A stretch of DNA of 45,257 bases from an uncultured Methanosarcinales archaeon (GCA_964398115.1 CAYNLP010000005.1:1-45257), one strand, 5' to 3'; shown: positions 33,149 to 43,111, counted from the stretch's first letter. Program-made: numbers and translations. Notes: generated by a model from the sequence alone, not told the origin.

Positions 33149-33280
33149 TTATGTGTTTTCGTCTTCTTCCATTATTAGAGGGCCTATATAGCCGCATTCT
33201 TTACATGTCCACTTGCCGAAATGGGCTCCCATATAGTGAGTTACTCGTTCGCTCTGGCATTGGGGGCATCTCTTCACCAT
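33149..33280 (-). CDS. small zinc-ribbon protein (43 aa, not in the ORF track)
   Basis: Hand translation gives MVKRCPQCQSERVTHYMGAHFGKWTCKECGYIGPLIMEEDENT, with CxxC..CxxC. The ATG lies 1 nt after the TGA of the upstream membrane-protein gene. Confidence 0.55.
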   Translation of the reverse strand: MVKRCPQCQSERVTHYMGAHFGKWTCKECGYIGPLIMEEDENT

Positions 33281-33281
33281 A

Positions 33282-33557
33282 TCATTCTAAATGGGAGTAG
33301 AAGTTTTTAATCATGTAGTAAGCTCCTACTTGTAATATCATTATGAAAATTATGAAGAAAGCAGTTGTTGTAAGATGAGAGGTGTAGTCTTGACTCTCTA
33401 CCGTGTCTGGATTGAATTCAACTTGTGGCCCAGTGTCATAAGCTATTTTACCTGTGATTGTCGGACTCCAGAACATTATAGCCCCGCTGAATACTAGACT
33501 TCCTATCATTATGGCCATCCAAATCCTTAATGGCCTGTCACTGTCTTTCATACTCAA
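33282..33557 (-). CDS. small membrane protein (two TM helices)
   Basis: ORF with two hydrophobic helices. It is the first gene of a same-strand string that runs down to the CBS gene. Confidence 0.55.
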   Translation of the reverse strand: MSMKDSDRPLRIWMAIMIGSLVFSGAIMFWSPTITGKIAYDTGPQVEFNPDTVESQDYTSHLTTTAFFIIFIMILQVGAYYMIKNFYSHLE

Positions 33558-33618
33558 TTAATTTTAACGACAATCTAGTTATATAAATAATTTGTCTTTT
33601 GAAAATCTCACCATAAGC

Positions 33619-33626
33619 TTTATAAA
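33619..33626 (+). promoter_or_regulatory. TATA box candidate for the S13 operon
   Basis: TTTATAAA lies about 120 nt upstream of the rps13 ATG, which implies a leader of about 95 nt. Confidence 0.45.
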
Positions 33627-33656
33627 GCAACTGCGATTCCGGTATCCTAAGCCCAA

Positions 33657-33719
33657 GTGAGGAGCGTATAGGGCCTGACGAAACCTTTCTAGGGGTTTTG
33701 TAGGTCCGTTGCTTCTCAC
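33657..33719 (+). promoter_or_regulatory. 63-nt GC-rich extended hairpin in the 5' leader of the S13-S4-S11-rpoD operon
   Basis: 9-bp lower stem GTGAGGAGC/GCTTCTCAC (33657-33665 with 33711-33719), 6-7 bp middle stem GGGCCT(G)/(T)AGGTCC, and an upper stem around AAACC/GGTTT. Confidence 0.5.
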
Positions 33720-33746
33720 GATAAAAATATTAGAAAGGATAAATCA

Positions 33747-34241
33747 ATGGCAGAAGAAAAACAAGAAGGAAAAGATTTGAAACACTTGATTAGAGTTGGA
33801 AATACTGATATTGAGGGAGATCAGCAGATACTATATGGTCTCACCCAAATTAAAGGCGTAGATGAAATGTTCGCCAATGCCATGTGCAGGTTAGCAGGTA
33901 TTCACACCCAAGAAAAAGCGGGTGCCGTAAGTGATGAATTAGTTGAAGAATTAAATGATATTGTAGAAAACCCAGTTGAAAATGGGATGCCAGCCTGGTT
34001 AGTTAACAGAAGAAAAGATATCAGAACAGGAGAAGACAAACACTTACTTGGTGGAGACATCGACTTTGTCGAAGACCAAGATATCAAGCGTATGAAGAAA
34101 GCAAAGACGTACAGAGGAATGAGACACACCTATGGATTGACCGTACGTGGTCAAAGGACAAGAGGTAATTTCAGAAGCAGTTCCGGAACAAGCTTGGGTG
34201 TTCAAAAACAACAAGTCAAGTCTGACGAGGATGAAAGCTGA
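33747..34241 (+). CDS. rps13: 30S ribosomal protein S13
   Basis: IRVGNTDIEG, YRGMRH and GL.VRGQRTR motifs. First gene of the conserved operon. Confidence 0.95.
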   Translation: MAEEKQEGKDLKHLIRVGNTDIEGDQQILYGLTQIKGVDEMFANAMCRLAGIHTQEKAGAVSDELVEELNDIVENPVENGMPAWLVNRRKDIRTGEDKHLLGGDIDFVEDQDIKRMKKAKTYRGMRHTYGLTVRGQRTRGNFRSSSGTSLGVQKQQVKSDEDES

Positions 34242-34915
34242 TGGGAGATCCAAAAAGAATTAGGAGGAAATATCAAAGACCCAACCATCCTTGGGAAATG
34301 GATAGAATCCAGGGCGAGAGAGATTTAACTGACGAGTATGGTTTAAAGAATAAAAAAGAAATTTGGAAGATGAACTCCCTCCTTAAAGGATTCAAAGATC
34401 AAGTTAAAAAGTTGAATGCTATGGAAGGAGAACAAGCTGAAAAAGAGAAAGAACAACTTATGAATAAGTTAATCAATCTTGGAATAGTTGATGAAAGCGA
34501 TCGTATGGACGACGTTTTAGGGTTAGATATTAGAAGTGTTATGGAAAGAAGACTTCAAAGCGTTGTTTACAGACAAGGATTAGCTAGGAGCATGGAACAA
34601 GCCAGACAATTCGTAGTTCATGAACACATAGCGATTGACGGTGAGAAAATGACTGTGCCAAGCTATTTGGTTAAAGTGGATGAAGAAGTCCACTTTGCTG
34701 AGAACAGTCCATTGCAAGATGAAATGCATCCTGAAAGAAGAGATGAAAAACCAAGCGATCAAGAAATTGAAAGTCCTGAAGATATGGAAAAAGATGAAAT
34801 TGCTAGTACTGAAGAAAGGAAGAAAGAAGAGGAAAGCGACAAAGAAGAAAAGGATGTGGAAGAAGAATCTGATGAAAAGGAAGAAACCGATGAAGATGAG
34901 GAGGGAGAAGAATGA
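34241..34915 (+). CDS. rps4: 30S ribosomal protein S4 with an acidic C-terminal extension of about 55 aa
   Basis: [18 protein letters not shown], an S4 RNA-binding domain ([21 protein letters not shown]), and a tail rich in E, D and K. Confidence 0.93.
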   Translation: MGDPKRIRRKYQRPNHPWEMDRIQGERDLTDEYGLKNKKEIWKMNSLLKGFKDQVKKLNAMEGEQAEKEKEQLMNKLINLGIVDESDRMDDVLGLDIRSVMERRLQSVVYRQGLARSMEQARQFVVHEHIAIDGEKMTVPSYLVKVDEEVHFAENSPLQDEMHPERRDEKPSDQEIESPEDMEKDEIASTEERKKEEESDKEEKDVEEESDEKEETDEDEEGEE

Positions 34916-35298
34916 CGAGATGGGCAGTTGCACACATTTACAGCTCTTATAACAATACTATAGTTCACGTTACTGACTTAACTGGAGATGAAACCTTAGC
35001 TTTCAGCAGCGGAGGTCAAGTTGTAAAAAGTGACCGTTTAGAAAGCAGCCCAACAGCTGCTATGGTTGCCGCTAAAAACGTGGCTGAAGAAGCGAGAGAC
35101 AAAGGTGTTGACGGAGTTCACGTAAAAGTAAGAGCTCCTGGCGGACACAACGGGCCGGGCAACACCGGACCTGGAGCCCAAGCCGCGATCAGAGCATTAT
35201 CAAGACAAGGAATTAGAATTGGAAGAATTGAAGATGTCACTCCACAACCACACGGTGGTTGTAGGAAGAAAGGTGGAAAGCGAGGTAGAAGAGTATGA
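34912..35298 (+). CDS. rps11: 30S ribosomal protein S11
   Basis: [18 protein letters not shown] and [28 protein letters not shown]. Confidence 0.95.
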   Translation: MTRWAVAHIYSSYNNTIVHVTDLTGDETLAFSSGGQVVKSDRLESSPTAAMVAAKNVAEEARDKGVDGVHVKVRAPGGHNGPGNTGPGAQAAIRALSRQGIRIGRIEDVTPQPHGGCRKKGGKRGRRV

Positions 35299-36092
35299 AC
35301 GTAGAATTACTGAAAGAGGAAGATAACACAACTTTCCTAAAAATAAGTGAGACAACTCCTCATTACATGAACACCTTAAGAAGGTTACTCATGAATGAAG
35401 TGCCGGTCATGGCAGTTGAAGAAGTAGAGTTCAGACAAAACAGTTCAATCCTTTACGATGAAATAGTCGCTCACAGACTTGGATTAATAGCTTTAAAAAC
35501 CGACTTGGAAAGTTATGAACTTCCAGAAGAATGCAAGTGTGAAGGTGAAGGTTGTGAAGAATGCCAAGTTACATTAACTTTGCAAAAAGAAGCAGGTGAA
35601 GATGAGCAAGTAATGGTTTACGCAGATGATATTGAAAGTGCAGATCCAGAGGTGAAGCCAATTCATCAAAAAACTCCGATCGTACAGTTAAATCCTAATC
35701 AAAAGTTAGAGTGTGAAATGAAAGCACAACTTGGCAAAGGAGAAGAACACGCGAAGTGGAGTGGTTGTCACGCTTGGTTCAAGTATTATCCATACGTTGA
35801 GGTTGAAGAACAGCCTGAAAATCCAGAAAAGATTGCAGAGAAATTCCCGCCCGTCCTTGAAGTTGAGGAGGGAGATTTAGTTGTTAATGAAGAAGCATTG
35901 TGGAGTCATGACATTATCGATGAAGAAATTGAAGAAAAGACGGAAGGCGCTGTTAGTTATGAAGAACGAGATGATTTCGTATTTGCGATAGAAACTTGGG
36001 GGCCTTTAAGCGTTGAAGAACTCATTGAAAAAGCAGTTGAGATTCACAACGACCAGCTTGACGAGTTCCAAGAAAAACTTAGCGAAGTGTAA
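35295..36092 (+). CDS. rpoD: DNA-directed RNA polymerase subunit D
   Basis: Position in the operon, [12 protein letters not shown], and an internal Cys cluster [11 protein letters not shown]. Confidence 0.9.
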   Translation: MNVELLKEEDNTTFLKISETTPHYMNTLRRLLMNEVPVMAVEEVEFRQNSSILYDEIVAHRLGLIALKTDLESYELPEECKCEGEGCEECQVTLTLQKEAGEDEQVMVYADDIESADPEVKPIHQKTPIVQLNPNQKLECEMKAQLGKGEEHAKWSGCHAWFKYYPYVEVEEQPENPEKIAEKFPPVLEVEEGDLVVNEEALWSHDIIDEEIEEKTEGAVSYEERDDFVFAIETWGPLSVEELIEKAVEIHNDQLDEFQEKLSEV

Positions 36093-36120
36093 AAGTTCCG
36101 GCTACCCTTATCAAAACTAC

Positions 36121-36204
36121 GCGGGGGTGCCGGAGCGGTCAAACGGGCTGCGTTGAGGGCGCAGTGGCTTAGTGCCTTCCGGGGTTCGAATCCTCGCCCC
36201 CGCA
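36121..36204 (+). tRNA. tRNA-Leu (anticodon GAG), class II with long variable arm, no encoded CCA
   Basis: Folded by hand. Acceptor stem GCGGGGG/CCCCCGC plus discriminator A. Anticodon stem CUGCG/CGCAG with loop UUGAGGG. Variable arm GGC-UUAGU-GCC. T arm CGGGG-UUCGAAU-CCUCG. Confidence 0.92.
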
Positions 36205-36224
36205 TTTAACAGGAGTTTATCAAG

Positions 36225-36593
36225 ATGGAATTGACAGCAAAAGAAGGAGAAAAGAACTTCCAATTGAGGAAGACAATTAAGGAATTGAAAAAGGCTTCGA
36301 TAGAGAACGATGCAGCTATTTGGAAGAGAGTAGCTGAAGACTTAGACAAGCCAAACAGGGATCGGAGAGCTGTCAACATATACAAGATTGAAAGAAATGC
36401 TAAAGATGGCGAAACTATAGTAGTTCCTGGCAAAGTTTTAGGAACCGGTGAGTTAAATAAAGATGTTAAAGTCGCAGCGTACAACTTCAGCAGCAGTGCA
36501 TATAGGAAAGTCAAAGAAGCAGGTGAAGCACTCACCCTAAAAGAGCTTGTTGATAACAACCCAGAAGGAGAAGGAGTGAGGATACTAGGATGA
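36225..36593 (+). CDS. rpl18e: 50S ribosomal protein L18e
   Basis: Operon position and VVPGKVLGTGEL... typical of L18e. Confidence 0.9.
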   Translation: MELTAKEGEKNFQLRKTIKELKKASIENDAAIWKRVAEDLDKPNRDRRAVNIYKIERNAKDGETIVVPGKVLGTGELNKDVKVAAYNFSSSAYRKVKEAGEALTLKELVDNNPEGEGVRILG

Positions 36594-37012
36594 TAGTAAT
36601 AAACGCTGAAAACAAGATTCTAGGAAGAGTGGCGAGTTACGCTAGCGAGAAAGCAATGCTAGGAAAACAAGTCCATATTGTTAATTGTGAAAAAGCGATC
36701 GTGACAGGAACTAAGAAAGACGTGGTTCAAAAATATAAGAATAGAAGAAGTCGAGGAGCTCCAAAACAAGGACCATATTATCCAAAACAAGCAGACAAAC
36801 TCGTAAGAAGAACTGTACGAGGAATGCTACCCTATAAGAAAAAGAGAGGTAAAGACGCTTTGAAAAGAGTACGAACACACATTGGAGTCCCTGAAGAATT
36901 TGAAGACGAAAGTTATGAAGAACTATCAGAAGAGGCGAGCAGGAACAAGCTAAGAAATTTAAAGTACGTATACGTTGAAGATGTATGTAAAGAGTTAGGT
37001 GCTAAAGTATGA
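36590..37012 (+). CDS. rpl13: 50S ribosomal protein L13
   Basis: [14 protein letters not shown]....LG..V.IVN and RGMLP; ATGA overlap with the upstream gene. Confidence 0.93.
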   Translation: MIVINAENKILGRVASYASEKAMLGKQVHIVNCEKAIVTGTKKDVVQKYKNRRSRGAPKQGPYYPKQADKLVRRTVRGMLPYKKKRGKDALKRVRTHIGVPEEFEDESYEELSEEASRNKLRNLKYVYVEDVCKELGAKV

Positions 37013-37407
37013 GCGATGTGATACACACAAGCGGAAAGAGAAAGACGGCAGTTGCCCGCGCAACATTAGAAGAGGGCAACGGAGAAGTAACTATCAACAA
37101 CTTTTCTTTAGAGAACTTTGATCCAGAAATGCACCGTATGAAAATTAAAGAACCTCTTATCCTGGCAGAAGACGCTGCTGAAGACGTTGACATTGACGTT
37201 AACGTTCAAGGAGGAGGTTTTGCCAGTCAAGCAGAAGCAGCTAGGCTCGCTATTGCCCGAGCTCTCGTCGAATACGAGCCAAGCTTAGAAAGTGTGTTTG
37301 ACGAATACGACAGGCACTTACTCGTTGCAGACGTTAGAAGAAAAGAAACCAGCAAACCAAACAGGCACGGACAAGCAAGAGCAAAGAAACAGAAGAGCTA
37401 CAGGTGA
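37009..37407 (+). CDS. rps9: 30S ribosomal protein S9
   Basis: [13 protein letters not shown]...[11 protein letters not shown], and a C-terminus ending KKQKSYR. Confidence 0.95.
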   Translation: MSDVIHTSGKRKTAVARATLEEGNGEVTINNFSLENFDPEMHRMKIKEPLILAEDAAEDVDIDVNVQGGGFASQAEAARLAIARALVEYEPSLESVFDEYDRHLLVADVRRKETSKPNRHGQARAKKQKSYR

Positions 37408-37414
37408 TATCAAA

Positions 37415-37612
37415 ATGATTATTCCAGTGAGATGTTTCAGTTGCGGAAAACCAATCGCACATCTTTACGAAGAGTATCAAGAACGTAAAGAAGATGGCGA
37501 AGATGAAGGCGAGGTCATGGATGATCTCGGGTTGAACAGGTATTGTTGCAGAGCCATGTTCATGGGTCAAGTAGACTTGATCGACATGGCATCTAAGTTC
37601 AAGAGAAAGTAA
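37415..37612 (+). CDS. rpoN: DNA-directed RNA polymerase subunit N (Rpb10)
   Basis: MIIPVRCFSCGKPI ... RYCCRAM. The track ORF 37292..37612 begins inside rps9 and is an artefactual extension. Confidence 0.92.
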   Translation: MIIPVRCFSCGKPIAHLYEEYQERKEDGEDEGEVMDDLGLNRYCCRAMFMGQVDLIDMASKFKRK

Positions 37613-37782
37613 ATTTTTTCTCATTTTGATTTTCTTGGCTTTTTCCAAAGAAATTCTTTCTTTTCAATATAGACAATAAATAATATACACTGGACATTTC
37701 GAAAAACTTTCGTGACGAGAAAATTTAGCACTAGACATTCCTGTGCGTCAGACCTATATATACGAGCATTTTCTAAAAATAT

Positions 37783-38979
37783 ATGAAAGAAGAAGGAATC
37801 ATACATCTTTGGCAACTACCAAATATATGGGTAAAACTAGAAGAAGAATTTAGGAAAGAATTGATGAACGAATTCTTAAAAATTACCAGAACTGTTTACA
37901 GAGCAAGTAAACTGACTGATATTTCCAGACCTACCATTACCAAATATTGGCAAGAAGCTCACTGTTTAATTAGAATAGATTATTTGATGAAAATAGTTAA
38001 TGAGATAAACCACCAGAAGTATAGCAGAGAATACACGGAGAAGAAAGTTATTTGGATAGGAAGCACTAACAGCCCAGGCATAGAAAACCCAAAATTACCA
38101 TTTAACTTTAATTCCAGGCCCGCGGCCCGATTCTTAGCCGCAATCTGTAACGACGGATGGATAAGCGACGGAGCCTGCTATTCCAACTACTGCGATGAGT
38201 TAAGAAGTTCTGTAATAAAAGACACAGTTCAGGTATTCGGCGGAAATAAAAAAATGATATCCGAATTCATAGATAACAAAGACCAATATCTAAGATTTCC
38301 CTCTGTAATAAGAGATGTTCTATGTCTAATAACTGATTTCAAAGGAAGAAAATCAGAAAACAATCCGAGAGTTCCCAGTTTCATTAGAAAAAATGAAGAA
38401 TTAATTTGCGGATGGATTGAACAGACAATCGCTGACGAAGGACACGTGATGCACTACCCCAGTAAAAGAAAACGTGAGATATCTTGGAGAAGATGCTTTT
38501 CCAAAAAACTCGATAGGTATAATCTAATTGAAGACGAAAAGAAAATGGTGGAAAGGATTGGTATTGATTACAACTTCTATGATAATGAAGAATATATAAC
38601 ATCAAAAGGGAAAGAAAGAGCAAAGCTACAACTAAGTATTACGAGAAGAAAAAATTTGATGAAGTTTAGATCTCTCATCAAAATACCTCATTCCGAAAAA
38701 GATAAAGCTTTTTCCAATATGCTAGAAGGATACACAAGACACAAGATAAAACCACGGATAAAACAAGCAATTATAGATATCTGCAAAGAAAAAGGTAAGG
38801 TTACAAGCTTAGATTTACAGGAAGAAATGAACTATAAGAACACTTTAGGGGGGATGAAGTGGCTAAATCATTTTGTTGAAAAAGGTTTGTTGGAAAAAAT
38901 TCAAGATGGAAGTCCTGGTTGTGGAAAGCAACCATACAATTTCAGATTAAAGGAGGAAACCACAAATGTTATAAATTGA
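37783..38979 (+). CDS. free-standing double-motif LAGLIDADG-like protein with N-terminal HTH and C-terminal winged-HTH
   Basis: Two LAGLIDADG-like motifs about 90 aa apart, [14 protein letters not shown] and [12 protein letters not shown], each keeping the acidic residue before the Gly. N-terminal [20 protein letters not shown]-terminal w[41 protein letters not shown] box about 20-28 nt upstream of the ATG. Confidence 0.6.
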   Translation: MKEEGIIHLWQLPNIWVKLEEEFRKELMNEFLKITRTVYRASKLTDISRPTITKYWQEAHCLIRIDYLMKIVNEINHQKYSREYTEKKVIWIGSTNSPGIENPKLPFNFNSRPAARFLAAICNDGWISDGACYSNYCDELRSSVIKDTVQVFGGNKKMISEFIDNKDQYLRFPSVIRDVLCLITDFKGRKSENNPRVPSFIRKNEELICGWIEQTIADEGHVMHYPSKRKREISWRRCFSKKLDRYNLIEDEKKMVERIGIDYNFYDNEEYITSKGKERAKLQLSITRRKNLMKFRSLIKIPHSEKDKAFSNMLEGYTRHKIKPRIKQAIIDICKEKGKVTSLDLQEEMNYKNTLGGMKWLNHFVEKGLLEKIQDGSPGCGKQPYNFRLKEETTNVIN

Positions 38980-38998
38980 ATTTTGTTCGCTAATTTCT

Positions 38999-41689
38999 AT
39001 GACGGAAGAAGCGGACATGTTTGAAATTGCCCAGAAATGGCAAGAAAGATGGGAGAAAGCCGAAATCTTCAAAGTTGAAGAAGATAACAGTAGAGATTCT
39101 TATTTTAGCCTCGAAATGTTTCCGTATCCGTCGGGAGAGGGCTTGCACATGGGACACGTTCGCAACTACGCTTTAGGTGATGCTGTAGCCAGATACAAAA
39201 GATTACAAGGAAAAAATGTTCTCTACCCCATGGGTTACGACGCGTTCGGACTCCCCAGCGAAAACGCTGCTATAAAGAAAGGTATGCACCCTAAAAAATC
39301 AACAGAAGAAAACATCGCCTATATGAAGAAACAACAAAAAGGAGTAGGTTTGAGTTATGATTGGAGTCGAGAAGTCGCTACGTGCTTTCCCAATTATTAC
39401 AAGTGGAACCAATGGATTTTTCTCAAACTTTTAGAAGAAGACCTTGCGTATCGAGATGAAGCCCTCGTAAACTGGTGTCCCAGTTGTGAAACTGTCTTGG
39501 CAAACGAACAAGTTGAAGATGGATTATGCTGGAGATGCGACAGCGAAGTTATCGACAAGAGATTAGACCAATGGTTTTTCAGAATCACGGAATACGCGGA
39601 TGAATTATTAGAGAGTTTAGATGACCTGTCCGGATGGCCTGACAAGGTCAAAACGATGCAGCGGAACTGGATCGGCAAGAGTGAAGGTGCCGAAATACAG
39701 TTTCCAATAAGCGAGTTGGATGAAGAGGTCAAGGTTTACACGACAAGGCCGGACACGATTTTCGGCGCGACTTTTATGGTTTTCGCTCCCGAACACCCCT
39801 TGGCTGAGAAAATCGTTGAAGAAACAGGTAAGAAAAAAGAATTCGATGAGTTCTACAAAGAAGTGAAGAAACAAGACATGGAGGAAAGAACCGCCGAGGA
39901 CAAGGAAAAAATCGGCATGTTCACAGGGGCTCACGCTGTCAACCCTGCTACTGATGAAGAAATCCCGATCTACGTGGCTAACTTCGTCTTGATGGATTAC
40001 GGTACCGGGGCTATAATGGCAGTGCCGGCTCACGACCAGAGAGATTTTGACTTTGCCAAAAAGTATGACCTTCCAATTCGCGTCGCTGTCCAACCGCCGA
40101 TGTATGATGTCGACGGGGAAAAGATGAGCCGGGCTTACACGGACAGTGAAAAAGGAACCTTGGACAACAGCGGCAAGTTCAACGGCTTGAATCCGAGAGA
40201 TGCGAAGGAAGAGATAACGGAATGGTTGGAGGAAAAAGGCAGAGGCGGTTTCTCCACTTATTACAAGCTTCGAGACTGGCTCGTGTCCAGACAAAGATAC
40301 TGGGGAACCCCCATCCCAATAGTTTATTGCGACGATTGTGGTGTTGTTCCCGTTCCTGAAGAAGACTTGCCGGTTAAGTTACCGACAGATGTTGAATTCA
40401 CCGGCGAAGGAAACCCGTTGAAGACGAGTGAGGATTTTGTAAACACCGAATGTCCGGAATGCGGCGGTGATGCTGAAAGAGAAACGGATACGATGGACAC
40501 TTTCGTTGACAGCAGCTGGTATTATTTCAGATACTGCAGCCCGGATTATGAAGACGCACCTTTTGATAAAGACAAAGCAGATTACTGGATGCCGGTAGAC
40601 CAGTACATCGGAGGGATCGAGCACGCAATTCTTCACCTGCTCTACGCCAGATTTATCACGAAATCCCTGAGAGATTTGGGATTGACCGATGTGGATGAAC
40701 CATTTGAGAATTTATTCACTCAAGGGATGGTGACGAAGGGCGGTACGAAGATGAGCAAATCCAAGGGTAACGTTGTCGATCCCATCCCTATCATTAAAGA
40801 GTATGGTCCTGACACGGCAAGGTTTTTCATGCTCTTCAGTGCGTTGCCAGACAAAGAGCTTGAATGGAAAGATGAAGGTGTAGAAGCAAGTTATAGATTC
40901 TTAACTAAGTATTTGAACTTATTACAAAATCAAAGTTGGAAGGATGAAAGAAGTAGTGAAGATGATTACGTTTTGAGCAAGGTTCACAGAACTATTCAAA
41001 AAGTTAGTAGTGCTATGGATAATTTCAAAACAAGTCATGGTTTAAACAGTATCGTTGATTTAATCAATACTTTACATAAGTATAAAGAGAGTGCGGATAA
41101 GGACATATTTAGTGAAGCTTTAGAGAAACTTACAATTGTAATTAGTCCGTTCGCTCCTCACGTTGCGGAAGAAGTTTGGAGTAGACTTGATAAGGACGGC
41201 TTCGTTGCCGAATCTAGTTGGCCTGAAGTGGATGAGAGTTTGATTGATGAAGAAGCGGAAGCCGCACAAGAGCTCGTTAATGATGTGAGGGATGATATAA
41301 AGGAAGTGCTTGACCTGGCTGGTATTGAAAATCCTGAAAAGATCAACTTGTACGTTGCCGAGGATTGGAAGTTTGAACTCTTCACCAAGGTTAAAGAGTT
41401 GATGAAAGATACTAGGGATGCTGGTGATATCATGGATGAGTTGATGCAAACCAGTTTGAGAAAGCACGGTCAAGAAATCAGCAAACTAGTTCCTAACTTG
41501 GTTAAGAATCCAAGTAAGTTGCCTGAAACTGTTTTGACGAAAGAGAAGGAAGTTGAAAGGCTTAATGAGGAAGTGGATGATTTGGAGGAAGAGTTTGACT
41601 GTGACGTGGAGGTTGGTTTGACTGAAGAAAGCAATGATTCAAAGGCGGGTAAGGCTTTGCCGGGCAAACCTGCTATCGTTGCTGAGTAA
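38999..41689 (+). CDS. leuS: leucyl-tRNA synthetase
   Basis: HMGH (HIGH-class motif), KMSKS, a Zn-knuckle CPSCETV..CWRCD, and an editing-domain segment TTRPDT.FG. Confidence 0.95.
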   Translation: MTEEADMFEIAQKWQERWEKAEIFKVEEDNSRDSYFSLEMFPYPSGEGLHMGHVRNYALGDAVARYKRLQGKNVLYPMGYDAFGLPSENAAIKKGMHPKKSTEENIAYMKKQQKGVGLSYDWSREVATCFPNYYKWNQWIFLKLLEEDLAYRDEALVNWCPSCETVLANEQVEDGLCWRCDSEVIDKRLDQWFFRITEYADELLESLDDLSGWPDKVKTMQRNWIGKSEGAEIQFPISELDEEVKVYTTRPDTIFGATFMVFAPEHPLAEKIVEETGKKKEFDEFYKEVKKQDMEERTAEDKEKIGMFTGAHAVNPATDEEIPIYVANFVLMDYGTGAIMAVPAHDQRDFDFAKKYDLPIRVAVQPPMYDVDGEKMSRAYTDSEKGTLDNSGKFNGLNPRDAKEEITEWLEEKGRGGFSTYYKLRDWLVSRQRYWGTPIPIVYCDDCGVVPVPEEDLPVKLPTDVEFTGEGNPLKTSEDFVNTECPECGGDAERETDTMDTFVDSSWYYFRYCSPDYEDAPFDKDKADYWMPVDQYIGGIEHAILHLLYARFITKSLRDLGLTDVDEPFENLFTQGMVTKGGTKMSKSKGNVVDPIPIIKEYGPDTARFFMLFSALPDKELEWKDEGVEASYRFLTKYLNLLQNQSWKDERSSEDDYVLSKVHRTIQKVSSAMDNFKTSHGLNSIVDLINTLHKYKESADKDIFSEALEKLTIVISPFAPHVAEEVWSRLDKDGFVAESSWPEVDESLIDEEAEAAQELVNDVRDDIKEVLDLAGIENPEKINLYVAEDWKFELFTKVKELMKDTRDAGDIMDELMQTSLRKHGQEISKLVPNLVKNPSKLPETVLTKEKEVERLNEEVDDLEEEFDCDVEVGLTEESNDSKAGKALPGKPAIVAE

Positions 41690-41690
41690 T

Positions 41691-42554
41691 CTACCACATG
41701 TGGTGGTCATCCACGCTTTGTTCTATGAATTCTGCTGTTTCGTCCATGCAGGTTTTGATTATTCTTCGAACTTTTTCTAGTTGTTCGGGTTTTTTCTTGA
41801 ACTTTTCTTCGTTCATATAGAGTCTTTTGTTTACTTCGATTTGTATGACGTGTATGTTATCTCGAGGGTGTCCGTAGTTCTTGGTTATGTATCCTCCTTG
41901 GAAAGGGTCGTTTACTCTGACGTCCCAGTCTTCATCTGCATTTCTGGTTAGGGCGTGCATGAATACTTTGAAGATGCTGTTGTCTACGCTCATTCCTCCG
42001 CAGTTTCCTATGTCGAAGTCTGGTCGTTCTTTTCCTTTGTCTATCACATTTTCTCTTCCTCTGCTGTTCATGGTGTGACAATCGAACATGAGTACGTATC
42101 CTTTTTCTTCTTTCATTTCTTCAATGGCTTGTTGTATGTATTGATGATATTCTTCGTAGTATTTGTAGAGTTTTTGTTTTTCTTCTTCCGTGTATTTTTC
42201 TGTCCATGCTGGTTCACCGTCGAGTAAGAAGTTGTGAAGGCTGTCTTCTTGTAAGGTGTCAGGAAGGATTTCCTGGTCCGCGTATTCTTGCACTCGGTTC
42301 ATATTTACTATGAATCGGTTTAGTTTGGTTAGTATTCTCCATCCTTTTCCTATGTCGTAGAGGTCGTTGGTGAAGAGGGCTGCGTCTGTTATCATCATGT
42401 CGTTCACTCTTAGGTTGTCGGCAAAGTCCTCTAGAATTAGTGTTCCGCTGTGAGGGATTGAAATTATGTAATCGTTACTTCTTTTTTCGAAAGAATTAAG
42501 TTTAGATTCGTTGATGTCTATTGTTTTTCCCTGTAGGACGTCGATCGCTTTCAT
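41691..42554 (-). CDS. N-formylglutamate amidohydrolase family (FGase-like) hydrolase
   Basis: IPHSGT and MFDCHTMNS motifs, with length typical of the family. Confidence 0.65.
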   Translation of the reverse strand: MKAIDVLQGKTIDINESKLNSFEKRSNDYIISIPHSGTLILEDFADNLRVNDMMITDAALFTNDLYDIGKGWRILTKLNRFIVNMNRVQEYADQEILPDTLQEDSLHNFLLDGEPAWTEKYTEEEKQKLYKYYEEYHQYIQQAIEEMKEEKGYVLMFDCHTMNSRGRENVIDKGKERPDFDIGNCGGMSVDNSIFKVFMHALTRNADEDWDVRVNDPFQGGYITKNYGHPRDNIHVIQIEVNKRLYMNEEKFKKKPEQLEKVRRIIKTCMDETAEFIEQSVDDHHMW

Positions 42555-42597
42555 CTACTAGTTTTTTGTGATAGTTGCTATATTTAAAATACCCCCA

Positions 42598-42801
42598 TTA
42601 GACTTGGGCGACCGATCTTGGTTTGTAGAGTTTTTCTTGTATTTTTTCTTGTAGTTCCGGGTCTTCTCCGTGGATTTGTTCAATTTCTCTTTCTAATTCT
42701 TTGATTTGGCGTAGTATTCTCTCTACTTTTCTCATTAGTTCTCTTCTTTTTTTCAGCCTGTAGTTCAAGGCTACGTATTTGTTACGGAAGGACTGCTGCA
42801 T
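42598..42801 (-). CDS. small basic coiled-coil protein
   Basis: 67-aa ORF that is helical and K/R/E-rich. Its start overlaps the end of the upstream zinc-finger ORF by 20 nt. Confidence 0.45.
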   Translation of the reverse strand: MQQSFRNKYVALNYRLKKRRELMRKVERILRQIKELEREIEQIHGEDPELQEKIQEKLYKPRSVAQV

Positions 42802-42916
42802 TTTCTCCCAGCCTGTATTTTTTGTTCATGCATTCGATAGAGCAGAATCTTTCTCCATGGGTTAGGTAGGCCCAGGATCCTATTTGTTTTCCGCAGTGTC
42901 CGCAGTTTTGTGTCAT
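42782..42916 (-). CDS. small TRASH/FCS-like zinc-finger protein (44 aa, not in the ORF track)
   Basis: Hand translation gives MTQNCGHCGKQIGSWAYLTHGERFCSIECMNKKYRLGENAAVLP, with CxxC-x16-CxxxC spacing. Confidence 0.5.
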   Translation of the reverse strand: MTQNCGHCGKQIGSWAYLTHGERFCSIECMNKKYRLGENAAVLP

Positions 42917-43111
42917 TTCAACCACCCCAGTACAGTCTTTATATACGTCTTTTTTAGTATAAAATATTTACCTTATACTTGTATATATAAGTATATACAT
43001 TATTTCTAGTATTGTTTTTAAGACCTTAAAACATGTTTATAACATACTTCAAGATATATAAAAGTATGCTTTGTTACTTTAACTTAACAAAAAAGAATTT
43101 ATATATAACCA

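Noticed and set aside
33657-33725. H/ACA guide RNA interpretation of the rps13 leader hairpin
   Set aside because: The internal loop is too small for a pseudouridylation pocket (5+3 nt). No clear K-turn or K-loop GA pairs are present. The 3' box would be AUA rather than ACA. This is kept only as a remote alternative in the finding.
34580-34968. Several ORFs overlapping the 3' end of rps4 on both strands
   Set aside because: They are generated by the repetitive GAA/GAG/GAT tract that encodes the acidic S4 tail. Their translations are homopolymer-like (poly-F/L/S or K/R-rich).
37292-37414. N-terminal extension of the rpoN ORF in the track
   Set aside because: The extension lies inside rps9 in another frame. 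The conserved RpoN sequence begins at MIIPVRCFSCGKP (ATG at 37415).
39397-40636. Minus-strand ORFs of 111, 225 and 85 aa inside leuS
   Set aside because: They are antisense to a complete leucyl-tRNA synthetase with intact HIGH and KMSKS motifs, and they have no start signals or recognisable domains.
36121-41689. tRNA-Leu(GAG) lying 2.8 kb upstream of leuS as a possible functional linkage
   Set aside because: As far as I recall, a tRNA gene between rpoD and rpl18e is common in archaeal ribosomal-protein operons. Its proximity to leuS is most simply a coincidence.
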